Below are positions 9,291 through 17,210 of a DNA stretch of 64,000 bases, piece by piece. Origin of the DNA: Patescibacteria group bacterium (lineage in GTDB: Bacteria > Patescibacteriota > Patescibacteriia > Magasanikbacterales > GWA2-37-8); the NCBI GenBank assembly GCA_004321885.1, contig SCQK01000004.1:22684-86683 (forward strand), in the 5' to 3' direction. A program made the position numbers and the translations under genes. The notes under the pieces were generated by a model. It ran no database searches and was not told where the DNA came from. It saw only the letters and a program-made list of their open reading frames with translations. Each line of letters opens with the position of its first letter. Within the stretch, counting starts at the first letter, position 1.

Positions 9291-9410
9291 AAATGACCAA
9301 TTACCAATAACCAATTTCCAATCAAATCCAAATGCCAAATAACAAACTTGGACATTTTAACTTTGACATTAGGAATTGATTTGATATTAGAAATTTGGAT
9401 TTTGGCATTT
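9291..9410. repeat. AT-rich CCAAT-word repeat block (family C), second direct copy
   Basis: TGACCAATTACCAATAACCAATTTCCAATCAAATCCAAATGCC..TTGGACATTTTAACTTTGACATTAGGAATTGATTTGATATTAGAAATTTGGATTTTGGCATT. Confidence 0.7.
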
Positions 9411-9439
9411 ACCGGATTGTTATATTCTATCATAAATAG

Positions 9440-9468
9440 TTGACATTTGCCATAAGATATGGTAAAGT
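9440..9468 (+). promoter_or_regulatory. sigma70-like promoter of secG (TTGACA-17-TAAAGT)
   Basis: TTGACA at 9440..9445, TAAAGT at 9463..9468, about 18 nt before the secG ATG. Confidence 0.45.
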
Positions 9469-9486
9469 ATCTCTACCCTAAAAAGT

Positions 9487-9705
9487 ATGTCTTCCCCTGT
9501 CTTCAATATCATCCAAGTGATTTTGGCCGCTTTGCTGGTGGCGGTTATTCTTTTACAACAAAAAGGTTCCGGCCTGTCGGGTGTGTTCGGCGGCTCTTCC
9601 AATATCTACAGCACCAAAAGGGGCGTGGACAAGATTCTGCATTATTCCACCATCGTCATCTCTTCACTTTTTTTCCTGGTCTCGCTGGCGAGACTCACCT
9701 TCTAA
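9487..9705 (+). CDS. secG: Preprotein translocase subunit SecG
   Basis: 72 aa with two TM helices and the Gly-rich loop ILLQQKGSGLSGVFGG typical of SecG. Confidence 0.75.
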   Translation: MSSPVFNIIQVILAALLVAVILLQQKGSGLSGVFGGSSNIYSTKRGVDKILHYSTIVISSLFFLVSLARLTF

Positions 9706-9718
9706 ATACCTTTCTAAA

Positions 9719-11632
9719 ATGAGTTGGAAATCTACCAAAGATTTTGATAAAAAATTGGTCAACAAAATCAATGCCGCTTTTTGGCCGAGCCGCGCCCAAT
9801 TCAAATACATTGGCCGGTTCTTAAATCCGGCCGAGCGCAAAATTATCCGCGCCAGCATTTTTCTCATCGTCCTTTCGGTAGTCGTGCTGGGCGTGTCGTT
9901 TTTCATGGCCAACGCGGTGGCGGTGCCAGCCGAGGGCGGGGCGTACAGCGAAGCGCTCGTGGGCCAGCCCAAGCTGGTCAATCCGCTTTTCACGGCCGCG
10001 AGCGACGTGGACGCGGACCTGGCCTACCTGATTTATTCCGGCTTGTTCAAGATAGAAGGGCAAAAACCGATTCCAGACCTCGCCAAATCCTACACGGTCA
10101 GTAAAGACGGCTTAAAATACGACATTGCCTTGCGCGACGACGCGCAGTGGTCCGACGGCGAACCCTTCACGGCCAGCGACGTACTCTATACTTTTGAAAT
10201 GATTACCGACCCCGAGGTGGACAGTCCCCTTCTGCCGTCTTTTGCCGGGGCCGGTGTGGAGCAAATTGACGACTATACTGTTCGCTTTACCCTAAAAGAA
10301 CCATACGCCCCGTTTTTAAGCGCTTTGGCCGCGGGCATTCTGCCCCAGCACTACTGGTCCGACATCCAGCCGGCTAGCCTCAAGCTGGCGCGCAACAATT
10401 TACAGCCCATTGGCACGGGCCCGTGGCAGTTTTCCAAGCTGACCAAAGACGAAATCGGCAACATCCAAACCTATTCCCTGTCGCGCAACGAGAATTATTA
10501 CGGCCAAAAACCCTATCTCAAAAATTTGGTTTTCAAATTTTACGCGGACCAAATTCAGGCGCTCGGCGCCCTGAAAAGCCAGGAAGCGGACGCGCTGGCC
10601 TTTATTCCAAAAAGCGCCAAAGACAAAGTGCCGGGCAAGGTCTATAATTTTTACAGTTTCAAATTGCCCCAGTACACGGCGCTGTTTTTAAACCAGGAAC
10701 AGAACGGGGCTCTAACAGACAACGATTTGCGCGAGGCCCTGGACCTGGCCATAGACAAAGACGCGCTCTTGCGCGAGGCGCTTGGCGGGGCGGCTGAGCC
10801 GGCGAGCTCACCGTTTTTGCCGGGCACGACCGGGTACAACAGCGAAATAAAATATCCGGCGTGGAGCCGCGACGAGGCGAACAAAAAACTGGATAAAAAA
10901 TGGAAAAGAATCCAGCCCGAACAATATTTCAAAACCCAATACGAAAAGGCCCTTAAAGACAGACAGGAGGAGATTGACCGAATTAAAAACAGCACCTCCA
11001 CCCCCGATGCCACCTCCACCATCAAATTGATAGAGGAAGAGGCGGCCAGCGCCATAAGAGAGGAGATGCAGGCAGACCAGCCATACTACCGCAAAGACAA
11101 GGACGACAATATTTTGGCTCTGGTTATTACCACGGCCGATACGCCGGAATACAAAGAGGCGGGAGAATTCGTGGCCAGAATGTGGCGGGCCGTGGGAGCG
11201 CAAACCAGCGTGCGCCTGGCCAGCAGTCTGGAACTGACCAAAGATATTTTGAAAACCCGCGACTATCAAATCCTGCTTTACGGCGAAATCGTGGGCAGCG
11301 ACCCGGACCCGTATCCGTTTTGGCATTCCTCGCAGACCAGCTACCCGGGGCTGAACCTGGCGCTTTTCGCGGATAGAAACGCGGACAAAATTCTGGAAGA
11401 GGCGCGGGGCAAGGCCGAGCCGGAAAAACGGGTTGAGCTTTACAAAAAATTCCAGGAGATTCTATTCAAAGAAAAACCGGCCATATTCCTTTACGCTCCC
11501 ACCTACGAGCTGGCCGCGAATAAAAATATAAGAGGAATTTCCCTAAACCAGATTTCCAATCCGCCGGAACGATTCGCGGATTTAAAAAATTGGTACGTGA
11601 AAATGAAAAGGAAGTGGAAGTTTGGAAAATAA
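9719..11632 (+). CDS. ABC transporter substrate-binding protein, family 5 (OppA/DppA-like), N-terminally membrane-anchored
   Basis: TM ASIFLIVLSVVVLGVSFFMA, then SBP_bac_5-like segments (GTGPW, NENYYG, LYGEIVGSDPDPYPFW). The start is refined to the ATG at 9719; the ORF track extends upstream from an alternative start. Confidence 0.7.
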   Translation: MSWKSTKDFDKKLVNKINAAFWPSRAQFKYIGRFLNPAERKIIRASIFLIVLSVVVLGVSFFMANAVAVPAEGGAYSEALVGQPKLVNPLFTAASDVDADLAYLIYSGLFKIEGQKPIPDLAKSYTVSKDGLKYDIALRDDAQWSDGEPFTASDVLYTFEMITDPEVDSPLLPSFAGAGVEQIDDYTVRFTLKEPYAPFLSALAAGILPQHYWSDIQPASLKLARNNLQPIGTGPWQFSKLTKDEIGNIQTYSLSRNENYYGQKPYLKNLVFKFYADQIQALGALKSQEADALAFIPKSAKDKVPGKVYNFYSFKLPQYTALFLNQEQNGALTDNDLREALDLAIDKDALLREALGGAAEPASSPFLPGTTGYNSEIKYPAWSRDEANKKLDKKWKRIQPEQYFKTQYEKALKDRQEEIDRIKNSTSTPDATSTIKLIEEEAASAIREEMQADQPYYRKDKDDNILALVITTADTPEYKEAGEFVARMWRAVGAQTSVRLASSLELTKDILKTRDYQILLYGEIVGSDPDPYPFWHSSQTSYPGLNLALFADRNADKILEEARGKAEPEKRVELYKKFQEILFKEKPAIFLYAPTYELAANKNIRGISLNQISNPPERFADLKNWYVKMKRKWKFGK

Positions 11633-11637
11633 TCCAC

Positions 11638-11721
11638 GCCGGGGTGGTGAAATTGGTAGACACGCTAGCTTCAGGAGCTAGTTCTCGCAAGGGAATGGAG
11701 GTTCGAGTCCTCTCCCCGGCA
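11638..11721 (+). tRNA. tRNA-Leu (anticodon CAG), class II with a long variable arm
   Basis: Acceptor GCCGGGG/CCCCGGC, anticodon stem-loop CUAGC-UUCAGGA-GCUAG, variable arm UUCUCGCAAGGGAAUGG, T-arm GGAGG-UUCGAGU-CCUCU. Confidence 0.8.
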
Positions 11722-11727
11722 CAACTT

Positions 11728-11785
11728 GGAGGTTCGTCCGGTCATACGACCGGACGCCCAGTCAAATGACTGGGCGAGTCCCTCC
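11728..11785. other. tRNA-3'-like structured element immediately downstream of tRNA-Leu (repeats the T-arm 5' half GGAGGTTCG)
   Basis: GGAGGTTCGT + CCGGTCATACGACCGG + ACG + CCCAGTCAAATGACTGGG + CGAGT + CCCTCC: two hairpins closed by a GGAGG/CCTCC helix. Confidence 0.4.
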
Positions 11786-11801
11786 TTGCCCACGTCTTTT
11801 T

Positions 11802-11836
11802 CCTCCCCTTGTTAAGGGGAGGATTAAGGAGGGGTA
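11802..11836. repeat. Family-A GC-rich palindromic element, intergenic, upstream of rnj
   Basis: CCTCCCCTTGTTAAGGGGAGGATTAAGGAGGGGTA. Confidence 0.8.
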
Positions 11837-11860
11837 TTCTTAATTATTAAAGAGAAATAT

Positions 11861-13675
11861 ATGATTAGACAACATTCACGAGGACGGCATCAGCGCGCGC
11901 GACGCGCCTATAACACGCCGCCCAAAGAAGCGCCGGCGCAAAGCGCGAACGGCAAGCCAAATATTATCCGGCCCATCTACCAAAAGCCGTCGTTTTCGCG
12001 TTTCAAAAACGATGATTTGAAACTAAAAATCGCGGTCTTGGGCGGGCTGGAAGAAGTGGGTCGCAACTGCACTTTATTTGAATACGACGGCGATATTATT
12101 TTGGTTGACATGGGCCTGCAATTCCCCGAAGAAGATATGCCCGGCATTGATTACATCATTCCCAACATCGGCTATCTGAAAGGCAAGGAAAAAAATATCC
12201 GCGGGGTGATTATCACCCACGCTCACTACGACCACATCGGCGGCATACCCCACCTGATTCCGGCTCTCGGCTATCCCCCGATTTACGGCCTGCCGCTGAC
12301 GAACGCCATCATCAAAAAGCGCCAGGAGGATTACCGTGGCCTGCGGCCGCTAAACATTCATAATATAAATGTGGCTGATAAGTTGCAATTAGGAAATTTT
12401 GAACTGGAATTTTTTCACCTGAACCACAACATCCCCGATTCCATGGGCGTGGTGATTCGCACTCCAGAAGGCGTAGTGGTGCACACCGGCGACTGGAAAT
12501 TTGACTACCAACCGGCCGGCGAACAGCCCGCGGACTTGCAAAGAATAGCGTCCATCGGCAGTCAGGGCGTGCTGGCGCTTTTGTCCGACAGCACCAATGC
12601 CTCGTCCCCGGGCCACCAGATCTCCGAGTCCGAAATCCGCACCAATCTGGATGACATCATTGCCAAGGCCCCGGGCCGCATAATCATCGGCACTTTTTCT
12701 TCGCTCTTGTCGCGCATCAAGCAGATTATTGAAATCTCCGAAAAACTGGGCAAGGTGGTGGCCCTGGACGGCTTTAGCATGAAAAGCAACGTGGCCATTG
12801 CCAAAGAACTAAACTACATGCGATTCAGTCCCAAGACCTTGATTGACCTAAACCGCACGCGCGATTACCCGGACAACAAGGTGGTCATCGTGTGTACTGG
12901 CGCCCAGGGAGAAAAAAACGCTTCCCTAATGCGTATTGCCAGCGGCGAGCACCGCTTGATAGAACTGACGCCCGGGGATACGGTGGTGTTTTCTTCTTCG
13001 GTTATCCCGGGCAACGAGCGCACTGTTCAGCGCCTCAAAGACACTCTTTTTCGCAAAGGCGCCGAGGTGATTCATTACCAGATGATGGACGTGCACGCCG
13101 GCGGGCACGCCAAGGCCGATGACGTGAAGCTAATGATACGCCTGCTTTCGCCCAAGTATTTTATTCCCATTGAAGGCAACCACTTTTTATTGCACTACAA
13201 CGCCAAGGTGGCTGAAAGCATGGGCTTTCCCAAAGAAAATATTTTTATCGCCGACAACGGGCAAGTAATGGAATTTTTCCGCGGCGCCGGCCAGCTCACC
13301 AGAACCAAACTGCCGGCCGATTACGTGTTCGTGGACGGCCTGGGCGTGAGCGATGAAACCAACATTGTTTTGCGCGACCGGCAAGTCCTGGCCGAAGACG
13401 GCATGATTGTGGTGATAGCCACCGTGGACAGCAAAACCGGCAAGCTGGTGCAAAACCCGGATATTATTTCGCGCGGGTTTGTGTTTTTGAAAGAAAACAA
13501 GGAGCTGATAGAAGACCTGCGCCACCGCGTAAAAAAGCTGGTTACCGACAGCGACCCGCTTTCCTGGGCCGACACCAACAACATCCGCAACAAAATCCGC
13601 GACTATGTGGGACAATTTCTGTTTTCCAAAACCGAAAAACGCCCCATGGTGCTTCCAGTGGTGATAGAGGTATAA
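11861..13675 (+). CDS. rnj: Ribonuclease J (metallo-beta-lactamase / beta-CASP RNase)
   Basis: HAHYDHIGG motif, beta-CASP region, about 600 aa, with a basic N-terminal extension. Confidence 0.85.
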   Translation: MIRQHSRGRHQRARRAYNTPPKEAPAQSANGKPNIIRPIYQKPSFSRFKNDDLKLKIAVLGGLEEVGRNCTLFEYDGDIILVDMGLQFPEEDMPGIDYIIPNIGYLKGKEKNIRGVIITHAHYDHIGGIPHLIPALGYPPIYGLPLTNAIIKKRQEDYRGLRPLNIHNINVADKLQLGNFELEFFHLNHNIPDSMGVVIRTPEGVVVHTGDWKFDYQPAGEQPADLQRIASIGSQGVLALLSDSTNASSPGHQISESEIRTNLDDIIAKAPGRIIIGTFSSLLSRIKQIIEISEKLGKVVALDGFSMKSNVAIAKELNYMRFSPKTLIDLNRTRDYPDNKVVIVCTGAQGEKNASLMRIASGEHRLIELTPGDTVVFSSSVIPGNERTVQRLKDTLFRKGAEVIHYQMMDVHAGGHAKADDVKLMIRLLSPKYFIPIEGNHFLLHYNAKVAESMGFPKENIFIADNGQVMEFFRGAGQLTRTKLPADYVFVDGLGVSDETNIVLRDRQVLAEDGMIVVIATVDSKTGKLVQNPDIISRGFVFLKENKELIEDLRHRVKKLVTDSDPLSWADTNNIRNKIRDYVGQFLFSKTEKRPMVLPVVIEV

Positions 13676-13682
13676 ATAATCG

Positions 13683-13852
13683 CTGGCTCCATAGTCCCCG
13701 ACTAAGTCGGGGCTGTGGAGCCGTATTGCAAACTGGCTCCACACAGAGTATGGAGCCAGCGGGTGTAGAAAATCGCTGGCTCCATAGTCCCCGACTAAGT
13801 CGGGGCTGTGGAGCCGTATTGCAAACTGGCTCCACACAGAGTATGGGGTCAG
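13683..13852. mobile_element. Two tandem MITE-like family-B elements between the convergent genes rnj and ldh
   Basis: Unit 13683..13769 (CTGGCTCCATAGTCCCCGACTAAGTCGGGGCTGTGGAGCCGTATTGCAAACTGGCTCCACACAGAGTATGGAGCCAG) is repeated at 13776..13852 with a degenerate last arm. Confidence 0.8.
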
Positions 13853-13870
13853 CGAGCAAAGGGAGGGGTT

Positions 13871-14791
13871 TTACAAATACTTCTTTACTGCTTCAGCGGA
13901 TTTTTTGAACTTCTTTTGCTCAACCGAAGGCAATTTCAACGGCCAAATTTTCACAATCCCCTTTCGGCCCAGCACCGCCGGAACGCCCAGACAGACACCG
14001 CTGACACCGTTCCAGCCGTTCAGACGCACCGAGAGGGGTAAAATTTTATTTTGATCATAAAGCACCGCTTCTATAATATCCGCCACCGTCAAGGCGATGC
14101 CGTAAAAAGTGGCGCCTTTGCGGTTGATGATTTCATAGGCCTCATTTTTTACCTTTTCCGCGATTTTATCCAGCTCTTTGGTCTTGATGAAATTGGTCAC
14201 CGGCGCGCCGCCGATCGTTACCGTTGACCAGGCCGCGAATTCGCTGTCGCCGTGCTCGCCGAGCACAAAGCCGCTCACGCTGTGCGCGTTCACTTTCAAT
14301 CTGACGGCCAGCGCGTGCCGCAGGCGCGCCGTATCCAGCGCCGTGCCCGTGCCAAACACCTGGGCGCGCGGCAAACCCGAAACTTTTTGCGCGACGTGGG
14401 TCAGCACGTCCACCGGATTGCTTATCATTATTACAATCGCGCTCGGCTTGATTTTGCCGATGGATTTGAAAATGGATTTTATCACCGCGCGATTTTTCTT
14501 CACCAAATCCAGGCGCGTTTCCCCGGGCTTTTGCGCCAGCCCGGCCGTGACTACGATGATATCGGCATCGGCCGCGTCTTTGAAATCCGCGCCCTTCACA
14601 TTGCCGGTTTCCACGAAAGACAAACCGTCGGCGATGTCCATTACTTCGCCTTTTTCTTTTTTCTCGTTCAAATCAATCAAGAGCACCTCCGAGGCCAAAT
14701 TTTTGACCATGTCCGTGTAGGCCACGGTGGAGCCCACGGCCCCGGCGCCGATAACCGCGATTTTTTGCGCGGGGTATTTTTTGTCAGGCAT
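13871..14791 (-). CDS. L-lactate/malate dehydrogenase (LDH/MDH family)
   Basis: N-terminal Rossmann IAVIGAGAVGST, the GEHGDS active-site loop, 306 aa. Confidence 0.8.
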   Translation of the reverse strand: MPDKKYPAQKIAVIGAGAVGSTVAYTDMVKNLASEVLLIDLNEKKEKGEVMDIADGLSFVETGNVKGADFKDAADADIIVVTAGLAQKPGETRLDLVKKNRAVIKSIFKSIGKIKPSAIVIMISNPVDVLTHVAQKVSGLPRAQVFGTGTALDTARLRHALAVRLKVNAHSVSGFVLGEHGDSEFAAWSTVTIGGAPVTNFIKTKELDKIAEKVKNEAYEIINRKGATFYGIALTVADIIEAVLYDQNKILPLSVRLNGWNGVSGVCLGVPAVLGRKGIVKIWPLKLPSVEQKKFKKSAEAVKKYL

Positions 14792-14805
14792 AATAATAAA
14801 TTATT

Positions 14806-15201
14806 TTATTCTTTCAAGTCCTTCATCAGCGAACTGGCCGGACTAACTTCGCCCGCAGGCATTGGCATAAGCTCAAAATAATTGTCCGCTGAACCTGCTT
14901 CGCGGACCAACAATACGTTAAAACGCGCTTTGCCTTCTTCTGTCTGCAAAACAAAATCACCGATTTCTTGAGGCACAACTGCGTGGGTTAGGATACTGCT
15001 TGTTTGCGGGCCGCTCTTTTCTTTGGTTAAATCAAAGAGCCCTTGTAAAACCTCAACGGCCTCCTCGCGAGGCAAAGTCCTGCCTTTTGTTTCAACCGCG
15101 AGCGCGTTTATGGCCATCTTGACCTCGGCCATTAAAGCCCGGCGCCGCTTTTCCTCCTTGTCTCCTTCCCTATCCCCTTTGCCTTCATTAAACTCTGTCA
15201 T
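14806..15201 (-). CDS. Hypothetical acidic protein
   Basis: 131-aa ORF immediately upstream of ldh on the same strand. No recognizable domain. Confidence 0.4.
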   Translation of the reverse strand: MTEFNEGKGDREGDKEEKRRRALMAEVKMAINALAVETKGRTLPREEAVEVLQGLFDLTKEKSGPQTSSILTHAVVPQEIGDFVLQTEEGKARFNVLLVREAGSADNYFELMPMPAGEVSPASSLMKDLKE

Positions 15202-15243
15202 ACATAAATTTCAAATCTCCTTTTTAGATAGTATAGCAAACAA

Positions 15244-15268
15244 AAACGCCCCTGTTAAGGGGGCGTTT
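15244..15268 (-). terminator. Rho-independent terminator of rnpB
   Basis: AAACGCCCC-TGTTAA-GGGGGCGTTT, followed on the minus strand by a U-rich tract (plus-strand AAACAAAAA at 15232..15243). Confidence 0.6.
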
Positions 15269-15269
15269 G

Positions 15270-15724
15270 TGGTTCATGGTTATAAGCCGAATTTTGTACC
15301 CCGACGTTACGTCGGGGCGATGTTCATTTCTCTGGTCTTGACATTGCTGTCAAAATCTTAGCGAGCGAACTTTTTATCCCGACTAAGTCGGGACTCTGCT
15401 CTTGCGCCAGACAGGGCTTGGCACTCTTCGACGTTGCCGCCGAAGGGAGTATGGTAGCTTTGGTCTCGAGAACCACAACTCCCATACACTTTTCACCTTT
15501 GACGAACCCCGACTAAGTCGGGGTGAACGTCCGCCTGTGGCGGACTCTCATGAATCGCTAGTATTGTCTCTGTGCCGCTTTCCCTACGCCGACGTTGCCG
15601 CCGACGTGGCGGGTGTTACCCGTTGCCTTTTTCTTTACCGGCTAGTTCCGCTAAGGGCGGACAGACGGAAAGGGCGTTCGGACTTTCCTTCCCGACTAAG
15701 TCGGGACGAACATCTGCCACGAAC
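15270..15724 (-). ncRNA. rnpB: RNase P RNA, bacterial type A
   Basis: Minus-strand RNA reads ..GGAAGGAAAGUCCGAAC.. (P4 5' strand), ..GGGUAACACCCGCC.., ..AGGUGAAAAGUG.., ..AUGAACAUCG-CCCCGACGUAACGUCGGGG-UACAAAAUUCGGCUUAUAACC.. (P15-P18 and P4 3' strand; compare E. coli AUGAAUGACUGUCCACGACAGAACCCGGCUUAUCGG). P1 is GUUCGUGG/CCAUGAAC. The ORF-track ORFs 15023..15361 and 15402..15731 lie inside it. Confidence 0.85.
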
Positions 15725-15730
15725 TGATTA

Positions 15731-15760
15731 AATGTAGCACAAAAACGCCGACTTGTCAAG
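15731..15760 (-). promoter_or_regulatory. Putative rnpB promoter (minus strand TTGACA-17-TACATT)
   Basis: Reverse-complement TTGACA at 15760..15755 and TACATT at 15736..15731, about 7 nt upstream of the predicted P1 5' end. Confidence 0.4.
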
Positions 15761-15787
15761 ACAGCTAAAAAAGAGTAAAATGGCAGT

Positions 15788-17203
15788 ATGAAAAGACTTG
15801 ACTACACCTTTACTTTTCTCCAACTTCCGGTGGATTACCTGATGCTTATTCTGGCCGGCTTTAGCGCCTATGGTTTGCGCTTCAGCAAATTCGCGGTCTC
15901 CATCCGCCCCATCATGTTTGACTTGTCCTGGAGTAAATATTGGCCCACAGCGCTTTTGGCCGCCGCGGGCTGGGTGATTATTTTCGCCCTGGCCGGGCTT
16001 TATCACTCCAACCCCAACCGCAAATTACTGCGCGACCTGTCCCGCGTGCTCTTCGCCTGCTCCACCGGCTTCGCGGGCATCACCATTTACGTTTTTTTCA
16101 CCCTGCAAAAATTTGATTCGCGCTTTTTGGTTTTGGCCGGCTGGATTTTGGCCGCGCTCTATGTGAGCGCTGGCAGAATTATCATGCGCGGTCTAAAATT
16201 ATTATTTTATAACCTGGGCCTGGGCCTGCGCCGCACGGTGATTGTCGGCTCGCAAATCATGGCCGAGCAGATTATCGGCGCCCTGGGCGGCCGCCAATAT
16301 CTGGGGTACAAGGTAGTCGGTTTTTTTGACTGTTTTGATATTAGCTCGGCCAAAAAAATCGCCGCCCTTTCCCCGGATGAAATTATTTTCGCGGACCCCA
16401 AAGCCCACGGCGAGGAAGCCGTGGACGCGGTGGATTTTGCCAACGAGCACCATATCGCCTTCAAGTACTCGGCCGACCTCTTTTCCACCATCTCCACCAA
16501 CATGACTGTGTCCACCATTGCCGGCATTCCCATCATAGAGCTGGGGCGCACGCGCCTGGTGGGCTGGGGCATGATTGTCAAGAGAATTTTTGATATTCTC
16601 GGCAGTCTGATTTTGTTAATTTTCTTCTCGCCTATTTTCGCCCTGGCCGGCCTGGCTGTGCTGGCGGAAACCGGCCGTCCGGCGCTGTACCGCAACAGGC
16701 GCGTGGGGCAAAACAACCGCGAGTTTATCGCCCTAAAATTCCGTTCCATGCGCCAAAAAGATTGCGTGGGGGAAGAATACGACAATGCCAAAAAAGCCCT
16801 GGCCAAAGAGCAAAAACTAATAGAAACGCAGAGCGCGAAAAGCGGCCCGATTTACAAGATTAAAGACGACCCGCGCGTCACCAAAGTCGGCGCCTTTATC
16901 CGCCGCTGGAGCATAGACGAACTGCCTCAACTGTGGAATGTGTTACGGGGGGAAATGAGTCTGGTGGGTCCGCGCCCGCACCAGCCCAGGGAAGTGAATA
17001 AATACCCATCGCGCCACAAAATCGTCCTGGCCATCAAACCGGGCATCACCGGCCTGGCGCAAATTTCCGGCCGCAGCAGTTTAAGTTTTGAAGAGGAAAT
17101 CCGGCTGGATACTTTATATATAGAAAAATGGAGCATCATTATGGATTTGATTATTTTGCTTAAAACCCCCTTTATTGTTTTGCGCAAAGAAGGCGCGTGG
17201 TGA
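15788..17203 (+). CDS. Polyprenyl-phosphate sugar phosphotransferase (WbaP/ExoY 'bacterial sugar transferase' family), the glycan-initiating enzyme
   Basis: N-terminal TM bundle and the C-terminal Bac_transf domain (KRIFDILGSLILLIFFSPIFALAGLAVL..GRP..YRNRRVGQNNREF..KFRSM..PRVTKVG..LRRWSIDELPQLWNVLRGEMSLVGPRP). Confidence 0.85.
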   Translation: MKRLDYTFTFLQLPVDYLMLILAGFSAYGLRFSKFAVSIRPIMFDLSWSKYWPTALLAAAGWVIIFALAGLYHSNPNRKLLRDLSRVLFACSTGFAGITIYVFFTLQKFDSRFLVLAGWILAALYVSAGRIIMRGLKLLFYNLGLGLRRTVIVGSQIMAEQIIGALGGRQYLGYKVVGFFDCFDISSAKKIAALSPDEIIFADPKAHGEEAVDAVDFANEHHIAFKYSADLFSTISTNMTVSTIAGIPIIELGRTRLVGWGMIVKRIFDILGSLILLIFFSPIFALAGLAVLAETGRPALYRNRRVGQNNREFIALKFRSMRQKDCVGEEYDNAKKALAKEQKLIETQSAKSGPIYKIKDDPRVTKVGAFIRRWSIDELPQLWNVLRGEMSLVGPRPHQPREVNKYPSRHKIVLAIKPGITGLAQISGRSSLSFEEEIRLDTLYIEKWSIIMDLIILLKTPFIVLRKEGAW

Positions 17204-17210
17204 GACCCCT

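Noticed and set aside
8468-9410. CCAAT-word repeat blocks as a CRISPR array
   Set aside because: There are no regularly spaced identical repeats with unique spacers. The words are short, degenerate and AT-rich, and no cas genes are present.
9581-9718. The N-terminal extension of the SBP ORF starting at 9581
   Set aside because: It overlaps secG in another frame and starts at a non-ATG. The ATG at 9719 precedes a typical TM anchor.
11722-13680. A prophage or integrative element downstream of tRNA-Leu
   Set aside because: Only a 9-nt T-arm word is duplicated. The next gene is the housekeeping rnj, and there is no integrase or phage gene.
13187-13859. ORFs 13187..13837 (-) and 13542..13859 (-)
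   Set aside because: They overlap the 3' end of rnj and run through the tandem MITE-like repeats, giving W/G/S-rich repeat translations.
15023-15731. ORF-track ORFs 15023..15361 (+) and 15402..15731 (+) as protein-coding genes
   Set aside because: They lie inside the RNase P RNA (rnpB, minus strand), and their translations are runs of the hairpin repeats.
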